DNA of 64,000 bases, taken from contig JBNRSN020000031.1 in NCBI GenBank assembly GCA_051313645.2, forward strand, positions 18,662,001 through 18,726,000. Direction: 5' to 3'. This document shows positions 24,696-35,706 of the stretch, in pieces. Made by a program: the position numbers and the translations under genes. Under the pieces are notes generated by a model. It searched no databases and had not been told where the DNA came from. It saw only the letters and a program-made list of their open reading frames with translations. Numbering within the stretch: the first letter of the stretch is position 1; each line of letters starts with the position of its first letter. Source of the stretch: Centroscyllium fabricii. Lineage: Eukaryota.

Positions 24696-27204
24696 CATAG
24701 AGTAATACAGCACAGCAAGACGACCTTCGGCCCATCACGTCCGTGCCGCCCATCAATCCCAGTCTATACTAGTCCCATTTTCCCGCATTTGGTCCGTAGC
24801 CTTGTATGCTGCGGCATTTCAAGTGCTCATCCAAATGCTTTTTGAATGTTATGAGGGTTCCTGCCTCTGCCACCCTTTCCGGCAGTGAGTTGCAGACTCC
24901 AACCACTCTCTGGGTGAAAAAGTTCTTCCTCACATCCCCACGATACCTCCTGCCCCTTAACCTAAAATTATGCCCCCTAGTTATTGACCCCTCAACCAAG
25001 GAAAAAAGTTCCACTCCATCCACCCTATCTATTCCCCTCATAATTTTGTACACCTCAATCAGGTCCCCCCTCGGCCTCCTCTGCTCCAAGGAAAACCACT
25101 CCAGCCTCTCCAGTCTCTCTTCACAGCTGAGGCTCCCCAGCCCAGGCAGCATCCTGGTGAATCTCCTCTGCACCCTCTCCAAAGCTATTACATCCTTCCT
25201 ATAGTGTGGCGACCAGAACTGCACACAGTACTCCAGCTGTGGTCTTACCAGCGTTTTGTGCAGCTCCATCATAACCTCCCTGCTCTTATATTCTATGCCT
25301 CGGCTAATGAAGGCAAGTATCCCATATGCCTTTTTAACCACCTTATCCACCTGTCCTGCTGCCTTCAGGGACCTATGTACCTGCACACCAAGGTCCCTCT
25401 GATCCTCTGCCTTCCCTAGCGTCCTACCATTCATGGTGTATTCCTTTGCCATGTTAGACCTACCGAAATGCATCACCTCACACTTTTCAGGATTAAATGC
25501 CATTTGCCACTGTTCCGCCCATCTGACCAACTCATCTATGTCGTCCTGCATGTTGCGGATTTCCTCCTCAGTATTTACCAACCCCCAACTTTTGTGTCAT
25601 CTGCATACTTACTGATCATGCCTTTTACATTAATATCTAAATCATTAATATAGACTACAAACAGCAAGTGACCCAACACCAATCCCTGCGGTACCCCACT
25701 GGACACAGGCTTCCAGTCACAAAAACAACCTTCGACCATCACCCTCTGCCTCCCGTCACTAAGCCAGTTTTGGATCCTCTGTGCCAAGGTGCCCTGGGTC
25801 CCATGGGCTCTTACCTTCTTGACCAGTCTCCTATGCGGGACCTTATCAAAAGCCTTACTAAAATCCATGTATACCACGTCCACTGCACTACCCTCATCCA
25901 CACACCTGGTCACCCCTTCAAAAAATTCAATCAAATTAGTCAGACACGATCTTCCCTTGACGAAGCCATGCTGACTATCCTTAATTAACCCTTGCCTCTC
26001 CAAGTGGAGACTAATTTTGTCCCTCAGGATTCTTTCTAGTAATTTCCCCACCACTGATGTCAGGCTCACCGGCCTGTAATTCCCTGGTTTCTCCCTACTA
26101 CCTTTCTTGAATAATGGCACTACATTGGCCATTCTCCAGTCCTCTGGCACATCCCCTGTGGCCAGAGGGGTTCTGAAAATTTGTGACAGAGCCCCTGCAA
26201 TCTCTTCCTTAGCCTCACCCAGCAGCCTGGGATACATCTCGTCAGGGCCTGGAGACTTATCCACTTTTAAGCCTGCGAAAACTGCTAGTACCTCCTCCCT
26301 GTCGATACAGGTTGTGCACCGAAAATCCGTGACCCGAAACGCCAGCAGCTTCAGTCTGCCGGAACAAATTGCTCCGCGTTTTGAATGTACGAGTCCCGAG
26401 CGCCCGCCAAGGTGAAGCGCGCGCTTCCCGGAGCAGCCTGCTGGCCGTCAGCTGAGACTCCACAAAGACGTTCGGCGGCCATTTCCGATGTTGTGCGCAT
26501 GCGCGCAGCCATTTTGCATGGTGCGCGCATGCGCACTGACTGACTTCATTCTGCCGTTTTTTTCACTTTCCCAGCACGGGCCTGGTCCCGCCCGTGCCGG
26601 ATTTCCGGTGCACAACCTGTACTAATATGATCAAGTGTATCGCATTCCTCCTGTCTTATTTCAATGTCCACATTGCCCTTCTCCACAGTGAACACAGATG
26701 CAAAAAATTCATTCAAAACCCCACCTACATCCTCTGGCTCTACACACAGTTCCCCACTTTGGTCCCTAATGGGCCCCACCCTTTCCCTCGTTATCCTCTT
26801 GCCCTTAATATATTAATAAAACATCTTAGGATTTTCCTTTATTTTGCCTGCCAGGGTTATCTCATGGCCCCTCCTCGCTCTCCTAATTTCTTTTTTAAGT
26901 AACCCCCTGCACCTTCTATACTCCTCTAGAGCCTCCTCTGTCATTAGTTCTTTATGTCTGCCGAAAGCCCCCCTTTTTTTCCGAATCAATTCACGTATAT
27001 CCCTTGACATCCAAGGTTCCCTGGGCTTATTGGTCCCACCCTTGACCTTAAGGGGAACATGTTTCCCTTGCACTCTCTCAATTTCCTTTCTGAACGCCTC
27101 CCACTGTTCTGATGCGGACTTTCCTTCGAGTAGCTGGTCCCAGTCCACTTGGGCCAGCTCCAGCCTTATATTAAAATCGGCCGTGCCCCAATTTAGAACC
27201 TTTG
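24696..27204 (-). mobile_element. 5'-truncated CR1 LINE, ORF2/RT with frameshifts
   Basis: ORFs 26813..27280, 25575..26264 (KSPGPD, PGNYRPVSLTS, DFSKAFDKVPH, GVPQG, KYADD) and 24769..25581. Confidence 0.93.
26308..26619. mobile_element. Tigger-like MITE inside CR1
   Basis: TA-CAGGTTGTGCACCG ... CGGTGCACAACCTG-TA; reverse-oriented, internally deleted relative of 4864-5335. Confidence 0.9.
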
Positions 27205-27352
27205 TGTGTGAGATAGTTGGGGTGTCGGGGGATATCGGGAGAGGGTAGGAGGGGGGTGCTGGGTTTGGATGGTCAGCCATGATCTCATTGAATGGCGGAG
27301 CAGGCTCGAAGGACCGAATGGCCTACTCCTGCTCCTATCTTCTGTGTTTCTG

Positions 27353-27607
27353 TGGAACCTTTGTCCAAGACCGCACAAAGTGGAGGAGAAACATCCGGGA
27401 ATGCGCCGAACACCTCGAGTCTCTTCGCCGGGAGCAAGCGGAAGGAGCGCACGTCAACCCAAGCATCCCACCCGCCCCTTCAACCACCGTCTGCCCCACC
27501 TGTGGCAGAGACTGTAGGTCCCGCATTGGACTCATCAGTCACCTGAGAACTTACTTTCAATGTGGAAGCAAGTCATCCTCGGTTCCGAGGGACTGCCTCA
27601 GAAGATG
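27353..27607 (+). mobile_element. RTE-clade LINE 3' end
   Basis: QDRTKWRRNIRE...CPTCGRDCRSRIGLISHLRT zinc-finger-like C terminus and a GAAGATGA tail. Confidence 0.82.
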
Positions 27608-28245
27608 ATTTAAGGGGAGGCCAGATAAGCATATGAGGGAGAAGCGAATAGATAATTATGCTGGTAGTTAGATGAGGAAGGATGGAAGGAGGCTTGAGTG
27701 GAGCATAAACGCTGGCATGGCCTGGTTGGGCTGAATTGCCTTTTTTTGTGCTGTAAATCCTATGTAATCCCAATGATTTAATTATTACTCATTGAATGCC
27801 TTGAGATTATAGCTGTGTTTCGCAAACTTTTTTGATTAATGTACCCCTTTTCAAATGGATTAGCAATCCCGGACCCCCCCCCCCCCCCCCCCCATCTAAA
27901 TTATAATACTATATAATACTCGTAATATGAAAGTGCTGCAGAGTAAAGAATGATTTAATGATGCTTTTAAGAAAACCGGTATTTACTGAGATGTCAGTGA
28001 GATGGGTGCGCCTGCTTCTCACTGCAGAGTCTGTCTATCCTTGGTGTGCTGTTTCTCCCCAGGCGAGGGAGGGGAAGTGTCCCTAATTCCGCAGCTTAAA
28101 CTCTACCACTATGTTTCCTGAAAATGTTGGTATAGCAGTGCTGAGGGCACTCCGTACCAGCTGCATTTATGCGTTTAGAAGGTAGGTGGCATGATTTTGG
28201 CCACACACTATGTCTCTGCACAGTCTGTGATCTGTTGTAAAGAGG

Positions 28246-28524
28246 AATGCAAAAAGTCACACAACACCAGGTTTATAGTCCAACGTTTTATTTTAAATCA
28301 CAAGCTTTCGGAGCGTCGCTCCTTCGTCAAGGTGAACAGAGAGAGACTGAACTTAAACATCACACATCAGGGGAGGGGAGAGTTCAGTCTCTCTCTGTTC
28401 ACCTTGACGAAGGAGCGACGCTCCGAAAGCTTGTGATTTAAAATAAAACGTTGGACTATAAACCTGGTGTTGTGTGACTTTTTGCATTTGTCCACCCCAG
28501 TCCAACACCGGCACCTCCACATTA
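28246..28524. mobile_element. Penelope-like hairpin insert, family A, young
   Basis: 108-bp inverted arms (28246-28353 / 28381-28488), 13-bp TSD TGTTGTAAAGAGG. Confidence 0.8.
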
Positions 28525-28656
28525 TGTTGTAAAGAGGGTTCTTCTGTTGGTTAGCTGAGTTGGTCTGTTTTCCTTCCTTGTAAAATAATGCAGCATTTTA
28601 TCCAGGGAAGAGACTTGTGAACTGATTAAACTTTTAGCCATACCCCTCAGATTTAA

Positions 28657-29062
28657 TGCAAGAAGTCACACAACACCAGGATATAGTCCAACAGTTTTAT
28701 TTGAAATTACAAGCTTTCGGAGCGTAGCTCCTAAGAGAGATTCATTTAAACACAGCATATATACGAGGGAGAGAGCAGTGTAATCTTTCCAACATCACAC
28801 CTCAGCAGAGAGACATACAAAGCAAACAAAGGTATTTTAACATATAATCAGGTACCAGCCGGAGATCAATGAGGTATAGTCACAAAGGGTCAAATGTTGC
28901 AGTCTGTTTGTGTGAAAACCCACAGAATGATTTTTTTTTAAAAAAGAAAGATTTTTCTTACTGGAGATCGCCGTAGCATCGGTGTAGAGAGAACAAGACA
29001 AAGACGAGTCGAGTCTGGATGACTCTACGTCAGGCGGGGTCACGTAGCAAGACATGAAGCTA
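28657..29062. mobile_element. Insert starting with a family A arm, followed by unique sequence
   Basis: Bracketed by the 12-bp direct repeat CCTCAGATTTAA. Confidence 0.6.
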
Positions 29063-29271
29063 CCTCAGATTTAAGGAATGGTCTGTAAACTGCAACCTAT
29101 TGTTTTCAGCCTGGACAACGAGGGAAGCTATTTTGTTGGTAAACAGCAATTTGCGAATTGATTGTAAATGGGTTTATAACCGCCAGGCATCTTCCCCATC
29201 TATGCTGCACATGGCGGCTGTCCTCCGCTCCCATCTCGCACCAAGCCGGCCTCCGGCTGCACATTCACATT

Positions 29272-30033
29272 GGCCCAGAAATTCGGGTCGGAGGTTTCCC
29301 GCGGGTGTAAGCCTCCAACCCGCACTTAATTTGCGCGGCGGCCGTTGAGCTGTAGGCCCGCGTGGAATTACGATCCGGGGCCTGCTTCAACTGCCGGCAT
29401 GCTGTGCTCGCGTATCCCAGCGGCGAAGATAGTGCGATGGATCACCTGGGCCACGGAGTGCCAATCGGAGCAGAGAATGCTCCATTCATAAGTTTGACAG
29501 GAAGAGCTGGCAAAACTATGAAAATACAAGCCCCAAAACATCACAGTAACTTCAAATAATTTTTTTAAATCACATTTTGAAATAATTAAATTACATTAAA
29601 TAACTTATTTTAAACAATTCAAATTTTTGAAAAAATTTATTATTTTTCCTAACGGGGCTAAAAATAAACTTACCTTTCTTTAAAATATTTTAAAATAATA
29701 AACCTGTGGAAACATTTTTTAAATTTGAAATAATTCAGCATTTACCTTGTTAAAAGCAGGCCTTACGCCTGCTTTTTGTCATTTCTAACTTTTCTTATTT
29801 ACCTGGACAGAAAATCCTGTAAAAAAATTAAAATAATAATAATTACGCGCAAGTGTGATGCGCACGCGCTGCCGCTCCCGCACACGAGCTTCACCACGTA
29901 ACCCCTTAGTTCGGGGAACGGAAGTGCCGGTTTCCCGCGCATGCGCAATGCATTCAGGAAACCGGCACTTTGCAGTGGCCGACGTGTGAGTACCCCGTCC
30001 GCACTCAGGCGCTCAGAGGCCAATTTCTGGGCC
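29272..30033. mobile_element. PIF/Harbinger-like MITE
   Basis: TIR GGCCCAGAAATT/AATTTCTGGGCC, 3-bp TSD ATT, GC-rich ends and AT-rich core. Confidence 0.7.
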
Positions 30034-31056
30034 ATTATCTTACGGACCTCTGGAAAGTCTCTCCGGACCCCAGTTTGAGAACCGCTGCTGGAGCTTGTGG
30101 GGATTGCGGGCATGGGTCTGATGCCACAGAAGCTGCACCTTTTCCCCCCATCTCCACACCACCGCCTCATTTCTGTTTTAGAAACCTGGAGTTGTTTTTT
30201 TTTGTCTTGTCTAACTGTGTAATGACTATGTGCTGAAATGAGGCAAGCAGCTACAACTGCACAGATCTCTCAGTTAAACAGTTTGCCGTCATTACTGCAG
30301 CACCCAAACAGCAGACTTGGAATTGACCCAACAGACGCATGCATTCTTAATGAACCAACAGTAAAATCCGTGGTACCGAAGTCTCTCTTTAACTGAAGCT
30401 TCAGAAAAAGCTACAAGTATCTTTTTAACATTTGAAATTACATAACAGCTTTTTAAAACTGAGTGATTCATTATAACTAAATCGATTCGAGTTGTTTTAG
30501 ACCTTGGAAACTATAGATCTGCCAATAATTAATCTGGGCAGATACAAGTTCACCACAGAGGAAAGTAGGTTTCAGTGGAATCCGAACGTTTATTCTGTAT
30601 AGACAAAACAAAAAATCCCCTGCAAATTGTTGGGAAAGTTCACTTGCGCGATACAGTTTTCCCTTTTTTAAAGAAGTTAATTAGTGGGCTTTATTGAGAA
30701 ATAATGAAAAAGAAGGAAAAATGGCAAACACTAGAAATCCAAAGCAACATTGACAATACTGAGCAGGTCAATCAACATCTGTAAAATGAACATTTTGGGT
30801 GTAACCTTTCGTCCGTTACACTCAACATTAACTTACTTCTTTTCACAGATGCTGACTGATTTGTCTATTTCCAACAGAGGTCCCTATACTGCGTGTCTGC
30901 TCCATGTGTGTCTGGGCTGAGAGGAGCAAGTACCCAGTGGCATGTCGTCAATCAGCCATGCAGTATTGCACCGCTTGACACTTTTTGGGGTTTAATTTTC
31001 TCTCCCCCTCAATGTGCCTCATTGCTGCTGGGAAACGGTGTTATTCTTCCCATGTA

Positions 31057-31347
31057 CAGGTCTGGCACCGTTTATCTGAAAACTTCAGGTGTCCGGCACG
31101 AATCTGGGCCTCTCCCCGACGGGTCTGCGCATGCGCAGCGGCCATTTTGAATGGTCTGTGCATACGCAGCAGTCATTTTGAATGGTCTGCGCACGCGCGG
31201 TGGCCATTTTAAATGGTTTGCGCCGGTGCGGTGGCCATTTTGAATGGTCTGTGCGTACGTGGTGGCCATTTTGAATGGCATACGCTCACCGAAGCTTCAG
31301 TCGTTCGGATTTTTCAGTAGTCTGGCACCGGCCTGGTCCCAACGGTG
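31057..31347. mobile_element. Tigger-like MITE, right end truncated
   Basis: TA+CAGGTCTGGCACCG; five ~31-bp GGCCATTTTGAATGGT units. Confidence 0.8.
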
Positions 31348-31794
31348 TATTGTGAAACTGGTCTATCCCTAGTCTCAAAATTAGGGAATAGAAATAAAGA
31401 TTTGCATTTATATAGCGCCTTTCATGACCACCGGATGTCCCAAAATGCTTTACAGCCAATGAAGTACTTTTTGAAGTGTAATCACTGGTGTAATGTAGGA
31501 AATAACATTTATACATGTAGCTCGAGAAGTACTTAAAAAACCTGGTGGCTCACCTTTAAGCTTTCCTTCATTTTGAGGGGACAGGCAGCCTCTGAAAGTC
31601 TGTTGTAATAACCTAGCTAAATTTCTTACTGAGAAGCAGTTGTTGTTGAAATAAGAAGAAATAGTATACGGAATTGTAGGAGTAAACTACAGCTGTGCTA
31701 GATAATGGCATAAATGTACGGCACCGGGGACTGTAAGCACAGTAAGTGGCCCAGTGTTCAGTGTAATTTATAAACTTCTCTTTTTTTTGTTTAG

Positions 31795-31917
<123 letters not shown>

Positions 31918-32973
31918 TAAACCAGTTTGTGTACCTATTGTGCACCCACCTAACTATCTGATGGCAGATTATTTGGTCGTGCAGCAGTTTCCACAGTTCC
32001 CGGTATTTAGCTGTGCTAAATGGGGAGCAAATGGTTTGAAGATGTGTCGACAGGCAGATGTGAAATCCCTGCTTTAAAGGAGAACTTAACCTTGGTAGTA
32101 ATTGTATGTAATTTGGTGGCTATTTAATGTATTGGATGGAGGGGAGTTGACAGTAAACTCTGGAGGAAGTACTCACTAATGACTAGAACGACATCTGTGT
32201 TACTTGGACGAGAACCCAGTATAATTGGGACCGAGACTTAATCTTCCTGTTTATGTACTTCATTACCTTCTGGAGCCATTGGGTATCCATGGGGGATGTG
32301 TCAATTTGTTGAGCTGTAGTATGAAGTGTGAGCATAAAGGCTCGAGATAGCCATTTTAACTTAAATATGTTTGTTTGGCTGGGTAAGTGAATTTTTAGTC
32401 GATTTTGAAATCTTTTAACGTTAGTTTTTTGTCTTGTTACTCAAGTGTCCTAATTTAAATTCAGTTTGTCTGAGCATGATTACTAAAATGAAATGATGTT
32501 TAGTTACAGTTTGGTAACTGGTTGAAGGGGGAAAATGGTTTCTGAGACAGAATGTACTGCTTCAATTTAAAAACTGCGGATTTCCCCTTGAGGAATTTTC
32601 AGCAGTTAAGCTGTGATGCCGTCCTTTATTAGATGTGTTAAAGTCCCTGAAATTACCATTTTATCTCCGTGCAGCACTGCTGGGCAGTCAAATGGCACCA
32701 ATAACATTGTAATGCAATGCTGCGAGATTAAATAGTACAATTCTATACAGCTTAATGGCTGAATAATTCAGGGCCAACAGGAGAATGCTTGGGTTGTTTC
32801 ACTGATATTTTACACGTGGAGTGGCTTTTTGTTTTGCGCACAAGATGGAATAAAATGTATTTTATTGGATTTAGACAGCCTTGTACAAAAATATACCATT
32901 TCTGCTCCTGCATTGATAGGTTTGTATGGTCCCTGTTTTTGTTGTAATTGGAAATATTGCATTCATTGTGAAC

Positions 32974-33055
32974 GCCTGGGAGTTCATTGGCCCTCAGTCG
33001 AAAAGCATTCAGTATCGAGAACATTTTATGTCGTCTGTAGTGATCTGAGCCAGAC
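32974..33055 (+). pseudogene. Decayed SNORD103/85-family snoRNA copy
   Basis: Aligns by eye to copy 3 (gcctgggagt / cattggccctcagtcg / ttcagtatcgagaac / tgatctgagccagac). C box deleted; guide and D' box mutated. Confidence 0.6.
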
Positions 33056-33751
33056 TCAACTGGTTGGGGTGGAGGCGGGGAGTAGTTAAAGAAAGCCTTA
33101 TCAATGTTTGCAGGCTAGTTGCACAGGGTGGCTCTTTGGTCTGTCTGTCTTGGAAACACATCGCTTGGTGCATTTATCAACAGAAGCAGCAGGAACTTCA
33201 TTGTCGTTTTTTTATTTCCATTCTTACTGGTTGCAGTGCATTTCTTAGCTCCATCGAATCTTGCAAGCAATGCCAGTGTACCCCTACCACTGCGGGTTAC
33301 TGTTAGACAAATAAAATGCAACGCAATAGGCACCTCAAGTAATGCATTGAACAAATCAAATTGGAATTACATTTGCAGTGTGTATATACTTAGATTACAA
33401 GTTTTCTTTGTTATGTTTCGTGTATCTGTGAAGTATTTGACCCTGAGATTTTAAGTAACAATTTTTAGTGCTCGTGCAAATCAACTTCCTATTGTGCGTG
33501 TCATCTGATTTTCCCTTGCAACAACAAATAGTAAGCTTTGGAGTATCATAATTCCAGAAATGGTTTTCTTTGGTGTTGTAAAAAAGATACGAGCAATGAC
33601 TTCTAATTAATTGCATGCTAAAGGCTATTGATTTGTGATTGCGGTTACAGTTAATCAGTATTAATTTACACTGTTACAAATGTATGTAGTTTTGTGTTTG
33701 TTCGAGCAGTGACGAAGATTGTAACTGGACCGCAGCTCTTTTTATTAAATA

Positions 33752-34139
33752 CAGGTTGTGCACCGTTAATCCGGCACCCGATAATTCATTGGTCCGGCAC
33801 GAATCCCACTGGCCGGCCCACGTGATCCCAGGGATGCTCGCGATGTGCGGGCCTCTCCCCGGCAGCACCCCGCGATGCGCGGGCCTCTCCCCGGCAGCAC
33901 CGGAGATTCCCAGGACCGCGAATCCCATTCCCTCACTCTTTGACTGGTCTGCGCATGCGCAGCGGCCATTTTGACTGGTCTGCGCATGCGCAGCGGCCAT
34001 TTTGACTGGTCTGCGCATGCGCAGCGGCCATTTTGACTGGTCTGCGCATGCGCTCCCCCGAACCTTCAGTGGTTCGGCATTTTCAGTAGTCTGGCACCGG
34101 CCTGGTCCTGAGGGTGCCGGATTAACGGTGCACAACCTG
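33752..34139. mobile_element. Tigger-like MITE with an internal 31-bp tandem repeat
   Basis: Perfect TIRs CAGGTTGTGCACCGTTAATCCGGCACCC, TA TSD; unit GACTGGTCTGCGCATGCGCAGCGGCCATTTT x3.5 from 33942. Confidence 0.92.
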
Positions 34140-34160
34140 TATTATAGAGAGAGAGACATA

Positions 34161-34506
34161 CAGGTTGGGCACCGCTAATCCGGCACCCAAAAACCCGACA
34201 GCTTCAGACGTCCGGCATAAGATTTCCCCGACTGCCCTGCGCATGCGCAAAATGGCCACCGCGCGTGGCTGCGCATGCCCGGACCTCCCCGACTGGTCTG
34301 CGCATGCGCAACATGGCCGCTGCGCATGCGCAGGCCTCCCCAAACGATTGATGCTTCGGCGAGCGCATGCTCAGACCATTCAAAATTTCGCGGCGGCCAT
34401 TTTGAATGGTCTGCGAATGCGCTGCTGAAGCTGCAATCATTCGCCGTTTTCAAAAATTCAGCACGGTGCTGGCCCCGTCCGTGCCGGATTAATGAAGCTC
34501 AACCTG
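34161..34506. mobile_element. Tigger-like MITE
   Basis: TA-CAGGTTGGGCACCG ... GCTCAACCTG-TA, 21 nt from the previous copy. Confidence 0.87.
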
Positions 34507-34580
34507 TATAGAGAGAAAGATATATATAGAGAGAGAGGTGTCATTCCAAATGTTTTATGTATGTATTTTATGTTGCGCAG

Positions 34581-34700
34581 GTATGTTTTCAGCAGGCCTT
34601 GCTCCAGCGACCTTTGTTCCTAATCCATACATCATTAGTGCTGCTCCTCCAGGTACAGACCCCTACACTGCAGGGCTTGCTGCAGCTGCAACTCTGGCAG
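34581..34700 (+). CDS. PUM1: PUM1 exon (~9): [40 protein letters not shown]
   Basis: GTAAAA donor. Three in-frame acceptors are possible (exon start 34581, 34593 or 34596), so the 5' boundary is uncertain. Confidence 0.9.
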
Positions 34701-35478
34701 GTAAAACTTCAGTAATGATTTCAATGATCTGAATGAAGAGAATTAATCGCACTGCTTGATTATTTCTTTCCCCCCCCCCCCCCCCCCATTCCCCCAATCG
34801 AAGGTAAGGGCAGGAACTTAATGATCCTCTTGAAGTCGGCGATGAAGGGGAAAGGAGAAATTCCACATTAAAATAATACATTGTTCTGGATGGAGAAGCC
34901 GGGATGAGCGGAATGGCCTTTCCTCATTCTGGACTTCACTTTATCTCAATCGGCGTGTCGTGTAGTAAGATTTGAGATTTCGTGCAACCTAGAGCATTTA
35001 ATGGACTGGTTTAATTTGCAGAAGTGATGGCACTCTTGGCCCACACGGCTTGTGCTTGAAGCGAGGCAAATTCAAAACTAATCTGCAGAAACACAGTGTG
35101 TGTGTCATTTTAATTCAGCAAAGTTCCTTTTAGACAAGAATGATGGTTCCTAAACCCAATGAATTGACTCAAGGATGAAATGTAACCTTGACAAGATTAT
35201 ACGGATAGCGTCATGACAGGATATGTTTTAAGTTTTTTCATTCATTGTAACAGGTTGTTTGTTGTACTTTTCAAATCCTTGCCAAATTCAGTGAGCAATG
35301 GATTGCCGATGAGAGTTTGCAAGGCAAAATCAATTGAACCTAATCTAGTCCAATTCCAATAAGTCTCAAATGGGGGCAAGAACACCTTCAAAGTGGTAAA
35401 AAGTTGTTTGTTCCAGTTGAGAACGAGATCATTTAAAAAAGTATTTCTATAGATACAGCAAAAGGGTTATGGAGTCAG

Positions 35479-35564
35479 TCTGGCAATGATGACACACTTG
35501 CCCTCACTGAGAACCGTGTTCGATAATGAGAATTTCAGTTCTGTACTCAAAGACCTGAGCCAGA
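35479..35564 (+). ncRNA. SNORD103: C/D box snoRNA, SNORD103/SNORD85 family, copy 1
   Basis: Terminal stem cagtctggc/gccagactg, C box ATGATGA (35486), guide ACTTGCCCTC complementary to 18S rRNA GAGGGCAAGU followed by D' CTGA, D box CTGA (35555). This family is intronic in human PUM1. Confidence 0.92.
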
Positions 35565-35600
35565 CTGCGTATATTGTTACTGATGAACCCCCAAATCCAT

Positions 35601-35706
35601 ACCTTTTGCTGCCATTGATAATTTTACTTATCAAAACTATTCTGTTGGGGGTGACCTTTTGCTGCCATTGATAATTTTACTTATCAAAACTATTCTGTTG
35701 GGGGTG
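35601..35706. repeat. Perfect 53-bp tandem duplication
   Basis: ACCTTTTGCTGCCATTGATAATTTTACTTATCAAAACTATTCTGTTGGGGGTG twice. Confidence 0.9.

Noticed and set aside
27810-30087. Possible large old hAT element (left TGTGTTTCGCAAACT, right AGTTTGAGAACCGCTG) enclosing the 28.2-30.0 kb inserts
   Set aside because: Left TIR is degenerate and no 8-bp TSD could be matched; plausible but unsupported.
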